DNA of 64,000 nucleotides from assembly GCF_000372725.1 (NCBI RefSeq), contig NW_005201176.1, positions 1-64,000 on the forward strand. The letters are read 5' to 3'. Shown here piece after piece: positions 11,519-26,088 of the stretch (within the stretch, counting starts at the first letter, position 1; the number at the start of each line of letters is the position of its first letter). The DNA comes from Emiliania huxleyi CCMP1516 (Eukaryota). Under the pieces are notes generated by a model that was not told the origin of the DNA, made no database searches, and saw nothing but the letters and a program-made list of their open reading frames with translations. A program made the position numbers and the translations under genes.

Positions 11519-12670
11519 ATGGCCTCCCACCGCAGCACCCGCCTGTCTGGCCTCTCGCCAGAGCAGCTCGTCGCCTTCATCGACGAGCAGGCGCCTCTCT
11601 GGAGCGCCGCCGCAATGCGCGTGGCGGAGGAGCACGCCGCACGGCTCGTGGAGCAGCCTGAGTGGGTGCTCTCCGAGGTCCTCCTCTCGCCGGACCTCGC
11701 CCCGCACATCCTCGCCCAGCTGCCGACCACGGAGCACGCCGTCAAGGGGACGTGCCGCGCGTGGCGCCGCGGCTGGAAGGAGACGCTGAAGAAGCGCAAG
11801 AGGCCGCGCCTGGTCGTGATCGGCGGCCACGACAGCGATGGCGAGTTTGTCAACTCGCTGGAGCGGTACGACCCGTCAACGAATGAGTGGGAGGAGAGGG
11901 AGGCTGTGGCGCCGATGCCGACGGCACGAAAGTATGTCGGCACGGCGGTGCTCGATGGCAAGCTCTACGCGCCGGGGGGCGAGAGTGAGGCTGACAGCGC
12001 AACTTCCAGCTCGGTGGAGCGGTACGACTTTGCTACGAAGTCGTGGGAGGCGGTGGCGCCGATGGCGACGGTACGCGAGCATCACGCCGTGGCAGTGCTC
12101 GACGGCAAGCTGTACGCTGTGGGCGGGTATAGCGACGTCGTCGGCCGCCTCAGCTCGGTCGAGCGGTACGACCCGGCGACGAACGCGTGGGAGGCTGTGG
12201 CGCCGATAGCGGTGTCGCGGGCTGCTGTTGGCGTGGCGGTGCTCGACGGCAAGCTGTATGCTGTGGGCGGCCTCGACGAGGACGATGTCCCCCTCAGCTC
12301 GGTCGAGCGGTACGACCCCGCGACGAACGCATGGGAGGCGGTGGCGCCGATGGCGGAGGTGCGGTGGGGTCTCGCCGTGACGGTGCTCGACGGCAAGCTG
12401 TACGCTGTTGGCGGGTACGGCGGCGGCCGCCTCAGCTCGGTCGAGCGGTACGACCCTGCGTTGGATGCGTGGGAGCCGGTGGCGCCGATGGCGGCGGCTC
12501 GCGCAAACCTCGCAGCTGCGGTACTCGATGGCAAGTTGTACGTAATGGGCGGCAACGACGAGAACGAGACCCTCAGCTCGCTTGAGCGATACGATCCCGC
12601 GACGAACGCGTGGGAGGCGGCTGCGCCGTTGACGACTGCACGATCTTTTCATGGCATCACCGTGGCGTAG
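11519..12670 (+). CDS. Kelch-repeat protein with an F-box-like N-terminus
   Basis: Six repeats of AVLDGKLYAVGG..SSVERYDP..NAWE.VAPM; N-terminal LSPDLAPHILAQL..VKGTCRAWRR resembles an F-box; intronless. Confidence 0.9.
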   Translation: MASHRSTRLSGLSPEQLVAFIDEQAPLWSAAAMRVAEEHAARLVEQPEWVLSEVLLSPDLAPHILAQLPTTEHAVKGTCRAWRRGWKETLKKRKRPRLVVIGGHDSDGEFVNSLERYDPSTNEWEEREAVAPMPTARKYVGTAVLDGKLYAPGGESEADSATSSSVERYDFATKSWEAVAPMATVREHHAVAVLDGKLYAVGGYSDVVGRLSSVERYDPATNAWEAVAPIAVSRAAVGVAVLDGKLYAVGGLDEDDVPLSSVERYDPATNAWEAVAPMAEVRWGLAVTVLDGKLYAVGGYGGGRLSSVERYDPALDAWEPVAPMAAARANLAAAVLDGKLYVMGGNDENETLSSLERYDPATNAWEAAAPLTTARSFHGITVA

Positions 12671-13084
12671 GGTTGGCTCTGGAGGGTGGAGGGCGGAGAG
12701 GAAAGCAAGGACTTGATCGAACCCCGCATACGTTATCCATAGAAGCACTATATAATCTTGGAAGGGTAAGCGGAAAAAGAAAATTTAAAGAAAAAAGTAA
12801 ATTTCCGAAAAAAGCCGCTGACGCGCAACACACAACTCTCTCTCTCACGCGCCATTCCCTCTCTCGCGCGGCTGGACCATGTTGACGGAGGGGACGGGGA
12901 GGGCGACAGCGACGTCGAGGGGTTGACGCACCACCGTACGGCTCTATGTTTAGACTCTATCCTGAGGGCGCCAGGCCGCCACCCAAAAGGAGGCCGACAG
13001 CTATGGAAGTCACCGAATGGAGGGCGAACGGCATGATACGAAAGGCAGGGCAAGGCGGATGGAGAAAGAAGTGCCGAGAAGGCG

Positions 13085-14012
13085 ATGGTGGAGGGGAGGG
13101 ACGGGAGGACGAAAGAAGGGCGAGGAGAACGAGCGGCCCGCACAGGCCGCGAGCAGACAGCGCCTGCTGGCCATTTCGAGACATTCGCAAAGAACGCTAG
13201 CTACATGGGAGGGCTTCGTGAAGGATGGATTGAAAAACACGGAGCACAGAGTGCAACAGACAGGACGGCGGCGACAGCGGACATGGCAGAGACGAGTGTG
13301 AGACAAAGGGCGGCGGGGATGGAGGGCGGTAGCGACGGGGATGGTGACGGTGACAGTGGCGAGGGAGAGGAAGGGGGTCCATTAACACCAGACAGCGAGA
13401 GGGGCGGGGAGGAAAGGGGGAGAGAGGAAGCCAACGGCGATGCCACCAGCAGCAAGGGACACGATGAACAGGTAGACAACGGCCAAGACGATGGCGAGGA
13501 CGAGGAGACGCGGGACGATGGCAGGCGAGACGAGGAGGACGGAGGCGAGGGAAGAGGCAGCGCCGCAGTCGACAGAGGCGACAACGATGGAGAAGGGAAG
13601 GGAGCGACAACGCGCACAGAGGATGAGGATATAAACGCTTCCAGTGCGGAGTATGAGGAGTGGTATCAGCGCCGCCGCGCGAGCCTGACGCTGCCGCCTT
13701 CGCTCGGAGCTGAGGTGCGCGCACGTTTACGCCAGGATCGGCATTGTCCCTGCGGTGTCCCCGTCTCCAAACATTTACGTGTCTCCCTCACGCAGGCGTG
13801 CGGCGTCAACAACGACGTCGTTGTGAAGGAGGAGGCCGCCACCGAGGAGGCCGCCACCGAGGAGGCCGCCGCCAAGTCCGCCGCCGCCGAGGAGACCGCC
13901 GCCGAGGAGTGCGCCGCCGAGGAGACCGCCACCAAGTCCGCCGCCACCAAGTCCGCCGCCACCGAGGAGGCCGCCGCCGCCGAGGAGGCCGCCTCCGAGG
14001 AGGCCGCCGTAG
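13085..14012 (+). other. Low-complexity acidic ORF with 15-bp (EEAAT/KSAAT) tandem repeats at ~13829-14010
   Basis: ORF track; repeat unit like gaggaggccgccacc. Confidence 0.3.
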
Positions 14013-14035
14013 AACACTCACTCACTCACTCACTC

Positions 14036-14312
14036 ACGTGCAACAACCCCCTCGCCGAGTTCACGTCCAAGAACGAGTTCCTGCATCAGGCGCAGCGGCG
14101 CTTCACACGACGGTGGTCCACAACAGGAACTGGCGCGACCTCGCCGTGGAGTTCGCCGAGGAGGGCTCCGAGGGATCGCGGTCTGCTCCTCGTGGCAAGA
14201 ATGGCAAGGCGCGTGCCGAGGGCAGGGAGCGGGCGAGGCACGCGGCTCCCGGGAGTCGGTCCGCTTCGTGGCGGCGAGCCAGGATGGCGCCGGCGCCTTC
14301 CTCAACGGAGAA
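14036..14312 (+). mobile_element. Internal fragment of a CRE-like non-LTR retrotransposon (between RT and Zn knuckle)
   Basis: Frameshifted FLHQAQRRF..VVHNRNW and RESVRFVAASQDGAGAFLNG resemble the S..GAGAWL motif that precedes the RLE Zn knuckle; starts at a (CACT)n tract. Confidence 0.5.
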
Positions 14313-14730
14313 CCCGTGTATTAGACGACATACTTGAGCACTTGAGCACTCTAGTGCTCAAGTATGTCGTGCTCGACGACTTGAGCACTTGAGCACTGGA
14401 TAGGGTCGATTCCGCATGGTACGGGACCCCTCGATCGTCTCGCCCTCCCTCACTGGTGTGTTCATTGGGTAAACTCCGGTACCGCAGGACGCCTGCCACG
14501 GCCACGCCCCTCGGGGCGAAGAAGGCGGGCAAGCGTGCCGCGGAGGCGGAGCGCAGGGCGATTGCGCTTGAGAAGGAGGTGTGGGTTGACAGGGAGTGCC
14601 GGGGTGGGCGTCGTAAGGGTGAGGGCGATTGCCGCCCTCCCCCCTTCGCCCACCTCGACGCCTTCGTGTAGGCACCCCCGCGACTGTGCCTCTTTTGGTA
14701 CCGTGGCGTACCTGTAAAAAAGAAAGAAAG

Positions 14731-14787
14731 AAAACAGACAACCCAAGGGAGGGATGGGAGGACGGCACGCCGCCACCACACAGGGTC
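14731..14787. repeat. Dispersed repeat family B (57 bp)
   Basis: aaaacagacaacccaagggagggatgggaggacggcacgccgccaccacacagggtc recurs at 27157-27213 with 2 mismatches. Confidence 0.85.
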
Positions 14788-14887
14788 GAACCTGTGGGGA
14801 GCAAGAGTTCTTTTCGTTGAATTCTTACGTGCCTTTGCCTCTGCTGGTGGCTCTTCTCACGGCCGCTGCGCGACGGCGCCCAGCCCG

Positions 14888-18980
<4,093 letters not shown>

Positions 18981-19350
18981 GGGCCCGCGGCGGGGGACTA
19001 GGGGTCTGCGCCAGGGTCCCCTGCCGGACGCAGTCTCACCAAGGGGTCCTCGACGCGAGTCGAGGAGCCCGCTCTGTTGCTGCGTCCCGAATAAGAGGAG
19101 TCCCCTGACACGCGCGCCATCACGTACAGCTACAGGTACACACCAGTCAACAACGGCATAGCATCTCAGTCCGCGGCTCAGCTTGTTTTCTGTGGCGGGG
19201 CGGGTACCGGGTAAGACGGTAGAGTGGTCCGGAGGGGTTGACAGTCGCCAGCGCAGGTGCCTTGGGACCTCTCGTGTTACGTGTATGTGGTCTGGGAATG
19301 CAATATGTCTGCTGTGTGCTGAGCTTAGAGCTACGGTAATCGGTATGCGA

Positions 19351-19521
19351 TTGATTGATTGATGGGAAGGCGAAACACAGTCCGACCAACGTCCAACGAC
19401 TGGGACACCAACGCGGTATGGGTGGACGCAGGACGGGCGATGACGGTCACACAGGAGCGACACACAGAACCACAAGACAAGACACTCAGCCAACGTTGGC
19501 TGAGTGTCTTGTCTTGTGGTT
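19351..19521 (-). repeat. Dispersed ~140-bp retroposon-like repeat family C with an (ATCA)n tail; this copy ends in a 54-bp palindrome
   Basis: Copies at ~45403-45538, 55660-55786 and 55803-55940. Confidence 0.9.
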
Positions 19522-20236
19522 ATATACGTCAGTGCGACCCTCCCGCAAGTGCTATTAGCACAAACCCAAAAGGGGGGCAGGATGGCCGATTCGTCGCTGG
19601 TTCCCACTGACTGGAGTGACGGGCTAGCCAAACCATTGAAGACGCCGTGTCGATGAGCTTCTAACTCGATCGCGTTCTCGAGATACAGCTTGAGATGTGC
19701 GAGTTGGAGTGGCCTCACGGAGTCGGCGCTGCCGCTCGGCGCTCTTCTGCTGGTTTGGCGATCCAGCGCTGCTCGTCCAGACAGAGGCTGCCTCCACTCC
19801 TGAGCTGCTCAGGCCTGGTCAAGGCCATCCACCGGCATGCTCTGGGAGCGCGGATGCACAGCAGCTCGCGCTGCTGGACCCACGGTGGCTGCCTTCGGCC
19901 ACCGGCAGCGCCGGTGCGACGACATGCTGGCGGCGGTCTTCCGCAAACTACTGTCAGGCAAGTGCACGACGAGATATGACCATGGGCGCTCGCATGTGTG
20001 CTCAAGGCACCTCAGGGCTGCTGCGTGACGCGTGGCTCGGCTCCGCGAGCGCTTGTGAATTTTCTGTGATTTTTTTGTGCTAAAATAGCACTTGCAGGAG
20101 TTCGTATATGTGTTTTACTCGTGCGCTCTTGCTGTTGCTCACAGTACGTGGTCGCAATAAAACTGAACCCCGAAAGGCAGCGTGACACACCGCCGCTGGG
20201 TTGTGGATCAGGATGCCTGCATGCCTCCCAGCCACT

Positions 20237-21214
20237 CTATGCGTCCAACGCGGCAAAGGTTATCTCAACCTCCACCCACCCCTGGCTGGGATGGCCTATC
20301 AGCTCGACTTTCTTCTTGGTCGGCTCACCCGGTGCCAACCCCGTCAACACGATGTCCCCGTGGCCAAGCGGGTCGTCGGCCGTGAGCGTGTCAGAGTCCC
20401 ACACCTCGAGTCGCAGCGGCTTGAGGTCGTCCACGTTGAGCTGCAGCGTCTCGTTCCACTCCGGGTTGAGGTCGTTGTCAATGACCTTCGTCTGCGCGCT
20501 CTTTCCGGTCGGCGAGATAATCTTGACGTACGGGTCCGACTTATCGAGCCCGAGACCCGTTGAATCGTCCGCGTTGAGCAGGTCGTGCGCCTTGAGCACG
20601 CGGACAATGGCGATCCCAGCGTGCACCTGGCCCTTGCTCGAGAAGCGATCCGAGGTCCTCGCCGCCTCGACGACCACGCCGTCGCCGCCCGCCTTGAAGG
20701 CCATCTTCTCGTACTTGGACTTGACGAAGGCCACCTTGGTCTCGAGCGGCGCGTCCGCATCGGGCTTGCTCGCGGCGGCCGCGCTGTGCGCCTCGAGCTC
20801 GGCGTTCACCACCGCGTTGCCCTTGGATAGCATGAACGCTTGCGCCTCTTCGCTCCACGCATCCATCTTGAGAGACAGCGGCTTCGAGATGTGGACGCCT
20901 AGGCCACGGTGTGCGCCTACGCACTCGTTGCACAGCACCACGCCGAGGTTCGAGGACGCCCAGGTGGGAGGCTCTTTGCTTGCGCAGTCGGCACAAGCGC
21001 TGTTGCCGCCGACCGCGAGCAGACGGTCGTAAAAGTCGCCGTTGACGGCGAGGGCGGCGGCGGCCATCTCGGCCGGGCCGGGCCTCTCTGCGCCACGCTT
21101 TGGCCTCTCATTCCTGCTGATCTCGGCAGGCGGCGGCGGCCCCGGCTGCGGCCCGGCATCTTCGTCGTCTGGCACGTCTGTCAGCCACGAGCACTGACGA
21201 AACAAGGCTAGCAT
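20237..21214 (-). CDS. ArfGAP + C2 domain protein
   Basis: GNSACADC..PTWASSNLGVVLCNECVGAHRGLGVHISK.LSLKMDAW, FVKSKYE; C2 domain VLKAHDL..KSDPYVKI..TKVIDNDLNPEWNE..VWDSD..DDPLG. Confidence 0.92.
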   Translation of the reverse strand: MLALFRQCSWLTDVPDDEDAGPQPGPPPPAEISRNERPKRGAERPGPAEMAAAALAVNGDFYDRLLAVGGNSACADCASKEPPTWASSNLGVVLCNECVGAHRGLGVHISKPLSLKMDAWSEEAQAFMLSKGNAVVNAELEAHSAAAASKPDADAPLETKVAFVKSKYEKMAFKAGGDGVVVEAARTSDRFSSKGQVHAGIAIVRVLKAHDLLNADDSTGLGLDKSDPYVKIISPTGKSAQTKVIDNDLNPEWNETLQLNVDDLKPLRLEVWDSDTLTADDPLGHGDIVLTGLAPGEPTKKKVELIGHPSQGWVEVEITFAALDA

Positions 21215-21459
21215 CTCTAGCCCGGCAGAACCCGGCCAGCTCTTAGGCTGTCGCTGTCGCTCCCGACCTCTCCCGCCTCTCCGACCACGTCCTCGGCGCC
21301 GTTTGCGGAGCCCTGTAGAAGCGCAGGCTGCGAGGACGTACGTTTGGTGGATCGACGTTGGTGGATCGAGCACTCGTCCTGTTGATGGATCAGACGCGGA
21401 CGCCTCGTTTGTCGGGGGTGGGGTGGGGGGGGGGGTGAGGGCGTTCTAACTGCCACTCA

Positions 21460-21461
<2 letters not shown>

Positions 21462-21554
<93 letters not shown>
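21462..21554. repeat. (GT)n microsatellite
   Basis: Direct reading. Confidence 0.97.
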
Positions 21555-21555
<1 letters not shown>

Positions 21556-21796
21556 TAAAACTTCTGATGCCATGCATGACCTAGTAGTGTCCCCAGCTAT
21601 GGGCGTGTCCACGTTGGAGCCAGGTGTGGTGTGGGCGCGAGAATAGCTCCGCCGTTCATGGAGGCAACCGATGCGAGTCGACTGGTGTGTGTCGTCGTGG
21701 GATCGTATCAAGAATACTCACTCACACACACTGCCACTCACAGGAGGTTCGGCTCAGGTGAGAATAATGCGGAAAAAAGAATTTTACAACACAAAA

Positions 21797-22351
21797 GAAA
21801 GTTATTTAGGGACATGCCGGTTTCGGACATCGGCGAACGATCGGAAGGGTGCCGCCTGCACACAAATGGAGTCCAGCAATGTGGGACCTCAGTCCCAGAA
21901 GCTTGGAGCTTCAGGCCGCGACCACGTGGCTAGGTGGACACTAAAGTGCCATTTTGGCGCCAAATCTTGGCGGGAAATGACACGTGTCTTGGCGGGAGTG
22001 TGGTGAGGCTGCGCTGCTCGACAGCGCTGCTGTTGAGCGCCAGCTGCTGCTTCCTTCAGCCAGACGGCCGGGCCTGCGCAGCACAACCGCTGGCCTTCCT
22101 CCTGCCCCACAGGAGCGCGCCAAGGCGCGCGTCTGGGCAAGCAGTGCGTCTCATCGCGATGCGAGAGTCGACGCTGTGACGCCGCCGCTCGCCGGCTAGA
22201 ATGACAGTGGCAGCATTCGAGTACGCGTCGAGCTGTGCGTACCAGCACTTGTATGCGAGCTCATTGTGTCCCTGAGCTGCTGTGGGGTGCGTGGGCTCAG
22301 CTGCAGAGCACGTACTGGGCGGCGGTAGGGGGGTGTCCCTAAATAACTTTC
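21797..22351. mobile_element. MITE-like element, 18-bp perfect TIRs
   Basis: gaaagttatttagggaca (21797-21814) / tgtccctaaataactttc (22334-22351); no clear TSD. Confidence 0.55.
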
Positions 22352-22941
22352 GCGGGAGGAGGTATGCGAGCAGAGGCGCGTGTGCTAAATCTAGGCCGCA
22401 CGTCGTGGCACTATGACGGAGGTAGACGTGCGGCCGCAGCGCGCCCGCCGCAGGCTCGGCGGTGCGCGCGTGTTGGCGAGAAAGTTGCGGGTAGAGCCAT
22501 GCCCGACTTTTCGAAGACGAGCCCCACGCCACGGATGCCAGCCGTGCCTTCGCGGGAGTCGTCTCTCGAGCCGCGTCCCGTCTCGGCACTGTCCCTGAGT
22601 GCGTCCCGCCTTGGCGGCACACACTCTCGACGAGGACAGTCCTGCCTACGGGAACGTGTCGCGCGCCGGCGACGGTTGCGGCGTGGTCGTTGTCTGTACG
22701 AAGCGAAGATGGCACGACCACCGCCCTGCATCGCAGACCGGGCAAGGAGGGGCCTGCTCCCGTTCCGCGAGGAACAGGAGGTCTCCCCCCCTCCCCCGGC
22801 CTGAGCAGCTACGGGTGGAAGGCAGCCCCTTGAGTCGAGGGCGGCGCGACCATTGCCCTGACTCAAAGACCAGCTAGCTGGTCCGTCAGTGCGGATGGTC
22901 TCGCGCGGAAAAAAGAATTCGCGCACACGCCGCCCGCCTCC

Positions 22942-25530
22942 ATGCTCTCCATCGTGCCGCAGCCAGCGCCGCACGTGGACGCGGTGTTGCGAGGCGACGA
23001 AGCGGCGGTGCGTTCGTGGCTCGAGAGAGGCGGGCGAGCAAACACCGCGCGCGAGGATGGCGAAGTTATCGGCATTACCCTGCTGATGGACGCTGCCGTT
23101 GGAGGCCACGAGCGGGTGGCTGCCTTGCTGCTGCAACATGGCGCTCGAGTCAACCTGCAGAGCAGCACCGGCCGCACCGCGCTGATGGCCGCCGCAGGCC
23201 AAGGCCACGAGCGGGTCGTCGTGCTGCTGCTTCAGCGCGGCGCGGCGATAAACACGCAGAACGGCAATGGCGACAACGCGCTGATGCTCGCCGCCGGCAA
23301 CGGCCACGAGCGGGTGGTTGAGCTGCTGCTGCGAGGCGGCGCGGAGATCAACGTGCAGAGTAGCACCGGCGTCACTGCGCTGATGGGCGCCATCATCACC
23401 GGCCACGAGCGGGTGGTCGACTACCTGCTTCAGCACGGCGCGGATGCCAACCTGCAGGATAGCGACAGCTGGACCACACTGATGCACGCCGCCAGCCAAG
23501 GCCGCGAGCAGGTGGTCGAGCTGCTGCTGCGGCGCGGCGCTGAGGTCAATCTGCAGGACAGCGACGGCTGCACCGCACTGATGGCCGCCGCCCAGGGAGG
23601 CCACGAGCGAGTGGTCGAGCTGCTGCTGCAGCGCGGCGCGGAGATCAACCTGCAGAGCAGCAAAGGCCGCACCGCGCTGATGAACGCCGCCATCCCAGGC
23701 CACGAGCGTGTGGTCGAGTTGCTCATGCGGCACGGCGCTGAGATCAACTTGCAGGACGACGACGGCTTCACCGCGCTGATCGTCGCCGCCCAGGGAGGCC
23801 ACGAGCGGGTGGTCGAGCTGCTGCTTCGACATCAAGGCGCGGAGATCAACCTGCAGAACAGCAAAGGCCGCACCGCGCTGATGAACGCCGCCATCCCAGG
23901 CCACGAGCGTGTGGTCGAGTTGCTCATGCGGCACGGCGCTGAGATCAACCTGCAGGACAGCAACGGCAGCTCCGCGCTGTTGGGCGCCGCCGACAGAGGC
24001 CACGAGCGGGTGGTCGACCTGCTGCTACAGCACGGCGCTGAGATCAACCTGCAGAGCAGCAGCGGCTACACCGCGCTGATGGCCGCCGCCACCATCGGCC
24101 AAGAGCGGGTGGTCGAGTTGCTGCTGCGGCGCGGCGCGGAGATCAACTTGCAGGACGACGACGGCTACACCTCGCTGATGGGCGCCGCCTACAGCGGCCA
24201 CCCCGCCGTCGTGCTCCGCCTGCTTCGGGCTGGCGCAGATGCAAAGGCTCGCTCTGCAGACGGCAGGTCCGCGCTGCAGATCGCCAAGGAGGAGGCGGCC
24301 AGGGTGCAAGCTACTGCCGACGCCACTACTTCAACTAAGGACCACGACGGGTGCGTGCGCGCTCTCACAGAGCACGCAGCGGCGCTGAGGGAGGCGGAGG
24401 CGGCAGAGAAGGCGGCAGAGAAGGCGCTCGAGGCCAAGGGGCGGCGCGAGCAGCGCGAGCGGGAGGAGGCGGCGGTGGCGCGAGAGCGCGAGCAGGCGGC
24501 ACGCAGGCGCGAAGCAGAGCGGGCGGCGGACGAGGCGCGGCGGGCGGCGGATGCAGCGGCACTGGAGGAGCAAAGGCGAGCGATTGCGGCGGAGGCGGAG
24601 GCGAAGCTGGCCGCTGAGCGCGCGGCAGCAGAAGAGACGCTGCGGGCGAGGGAGGCGGAGAGGCGAGCAGCAGAGGAGACGCAGCGAGAGGAGCAGCGGG
24701 CGGCCGCGGCGGAGCGCAAAGCCGCTCAGGCAGAGGCGGCGCGGCGCGAGAAGGAGGCTGCGGACAGGAGGGCGGAGGAAGAGAAGGCGAGGCGGCGCGC
24801 AAAGGCGGCGGAGGCAACAGCGGCCAAGAAGGAGGCCAAGGCGAAGAACAGCAAGGCGAAGAAGGCGCCGTCCGCCTTGAAACTCGAGGAGGAGCGGAGG
24901 GCGAAGGCTGCGGCAGAGGTTCGCGCACAGGAGGAGAGGGCGGCGCAGCTGGCTGCTGAGCAGGAGGAGGCGAGGCGGGCGGAGCGGGAGGCGGCAGAGC
25001 TTGCGGGTGCGGCGGAGCGGGCGGCGCTGCGCGAGGATGCGGAGCTGGCAGAGGCGCTGCGCCGGTCAGAGGTGGATGCGGAGGAGGCGCTGGCGCGTCG
25101 GGTGTCGCGGTGCGAGGAGGCAGTGAGCAGCGAGTCGACCGGCGGCAGCGGGGACTTGCCGCGGCGTGTCGAGCGGTTGGAGGCGAGCCTCGGCGCGGCG
25201 ACCGAGGGCAGCCTCGAGGAGCGGGTCGGCGCCATCGAGCGCATGATCGAGCCAGAGGCGGGAGAGGCGGCGGAGCAGCATCTGCCAATCACCGAGCCGT
25301 TTGCTGCCGTCTCACTAGCGGACGCCGGCCTCGACACGGGGCGGCCGGCTGCCCCAGAGTCCACGATGGGGGGAGAGACGTCGTGCATCATATGCTTCGA
25401 GCGGCCGAAGTCTCACCTCGCGGTGCCGTGCAGCCACTTGTGCATTTGCGGTCCATGCGCCGAGCTGATGCGAGAGTGTCCTTATTGCCGCGAGCCAGTG
25501 ATGATGTGGCTCGCCCCGCGCCCTGTGTGA
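22942..25530 (+). CDS. Ankyrin-repeat protein with coiled coil, UIM-like motif and C-terminal RING (IAP/MGRN-type)
   Basis: ~12 repeats of G.TALM.AA..GHERVVELLL..GAEINLQ; EAAR-rich coil; EDAELAEALRRS; CIICFERPKSHLAVPCSHLCICGPCAELMRECPYCR. Confidence 0.92.
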   Translation: MLSIVPQPAPHVDAVLRGDEAAVRSWLERGGRANTAREDGEVIGITLLMDAAVGGHERVAALLLQHGARVNLQSSTGRTALMAAAGQGHERVVVLLLQRGAAINTQNGNGDNALMLAAGNGHERVVELLLRGGAEINVQSSTGVTALMGAIITGHERVVDYLLQHGADANLQDSDSWTTLMHAASQGREQVVELLLRRGAEVNLQDSDGCTALMAAAQGGHERVVELLLQRGAEINLQSSKGRTALMNAAIPGHERVVELLMRHGAEINLQDDDGFTALIVAAQGGHERVVELLLRHQGAEINLQNSKGRTALMNAAIPGHERVVELLMRHGAEINLQDSNGSSALLGAADRGHERVVDLLLQHGAEINLQSSSGYTALMAAATIGQERVVELLLRRGAEINLQDDDGYTSLMGAAYSGHPAVVLRLLRAGADAKARSADGRSALQIAKEEAARVQATADATTSTKDHDGCVRALTEHAAALREAEAAEKAAEKALEAKGRREQREREEAAVAREREQAARRREAERAADEARRAADAAALEEQRRAIAAEAEAKLAAERAAAEETLRAREAERRAAEETQREEQRAAAAERKAAQAEAARREKEAADRRAEEEKARRRAKAAEATAAKKEAKAKNSKAKKAPSALKLEEERRAKAAAEVRAQEERAAQLAAEQEEARRAEREAAELAGAAERAALREDAELAEALRRSEVDAEEALARRVSRCEEAVSSESTGGSGDLPRRVERLEASLGAATEGSLEERVGAIERMIEPEAGEAAEQHLPITEPFAAVSLADAGLDTGRPAAPESTMGGETSCIICFERPKSHLAVPCSHLCICGPCAELMRECPYCREPVMMWLAPRPV

Positions 25531-26088
25531 TTAGCTTCGATGGAACCCATCCGACGTGGTGAAAACGGAGGGGGTGGGGGGTATGGTCCTATCTTGGTCT
25601 GTCACAGCAGGCCTTTGCAGGCGGGGGGAATTTCTAACCCTTACCACACTCGCCTCGGCGTTACTCGAAGCTGCGAGCTCAGCTGTGGCCACAAGAGCGG
25701 CCACAACTCGGTAAGGCCGCCCGTTGACGAAGCCAAGCGGTGGGCAAGCGGCAAAGGCCGCAAAGTGGGCTTCTCAAAAGCACGTGCCACCTTCCGTGGC
25801 GGCGGCACGGGAATCGCGGCGACGGCGGCGAAGCACGATTCGCTCATCAAGAAGGCCCGCTGGCGCGGCACTTGGAGCACTTGGAGTGCAGTCAGTAACC
25901 GCACATCCAGGGCCGGGGAGCTTAGAAGCGCACCCAGCGGGCCGGATGAAGGCGGGAAGCGCTGCGTCCTTGCTCGCCTAAAGGACCATCAGCTCACGCG
26001 AGCGAGGAGGCGTTGGTGCGAAGGCACACACTTGATTGAGGCACACACTGGAGCGAGGCGTGCGAAGGCGGCGAAGGCACACGCAATC

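Noticed and set aside
22411..24003. 530-aa antisense ORF, and many similar shadow ORFs over real genes
   Set aside because: High GC3 removes stop codons in the other frames; the real gene is on the opposite strand.
25540..26088. N-terminal extension of the 450-aa ORF
   Set aside because: Non-coding-like composition; the protein more plausibly starts at ATG 26089.
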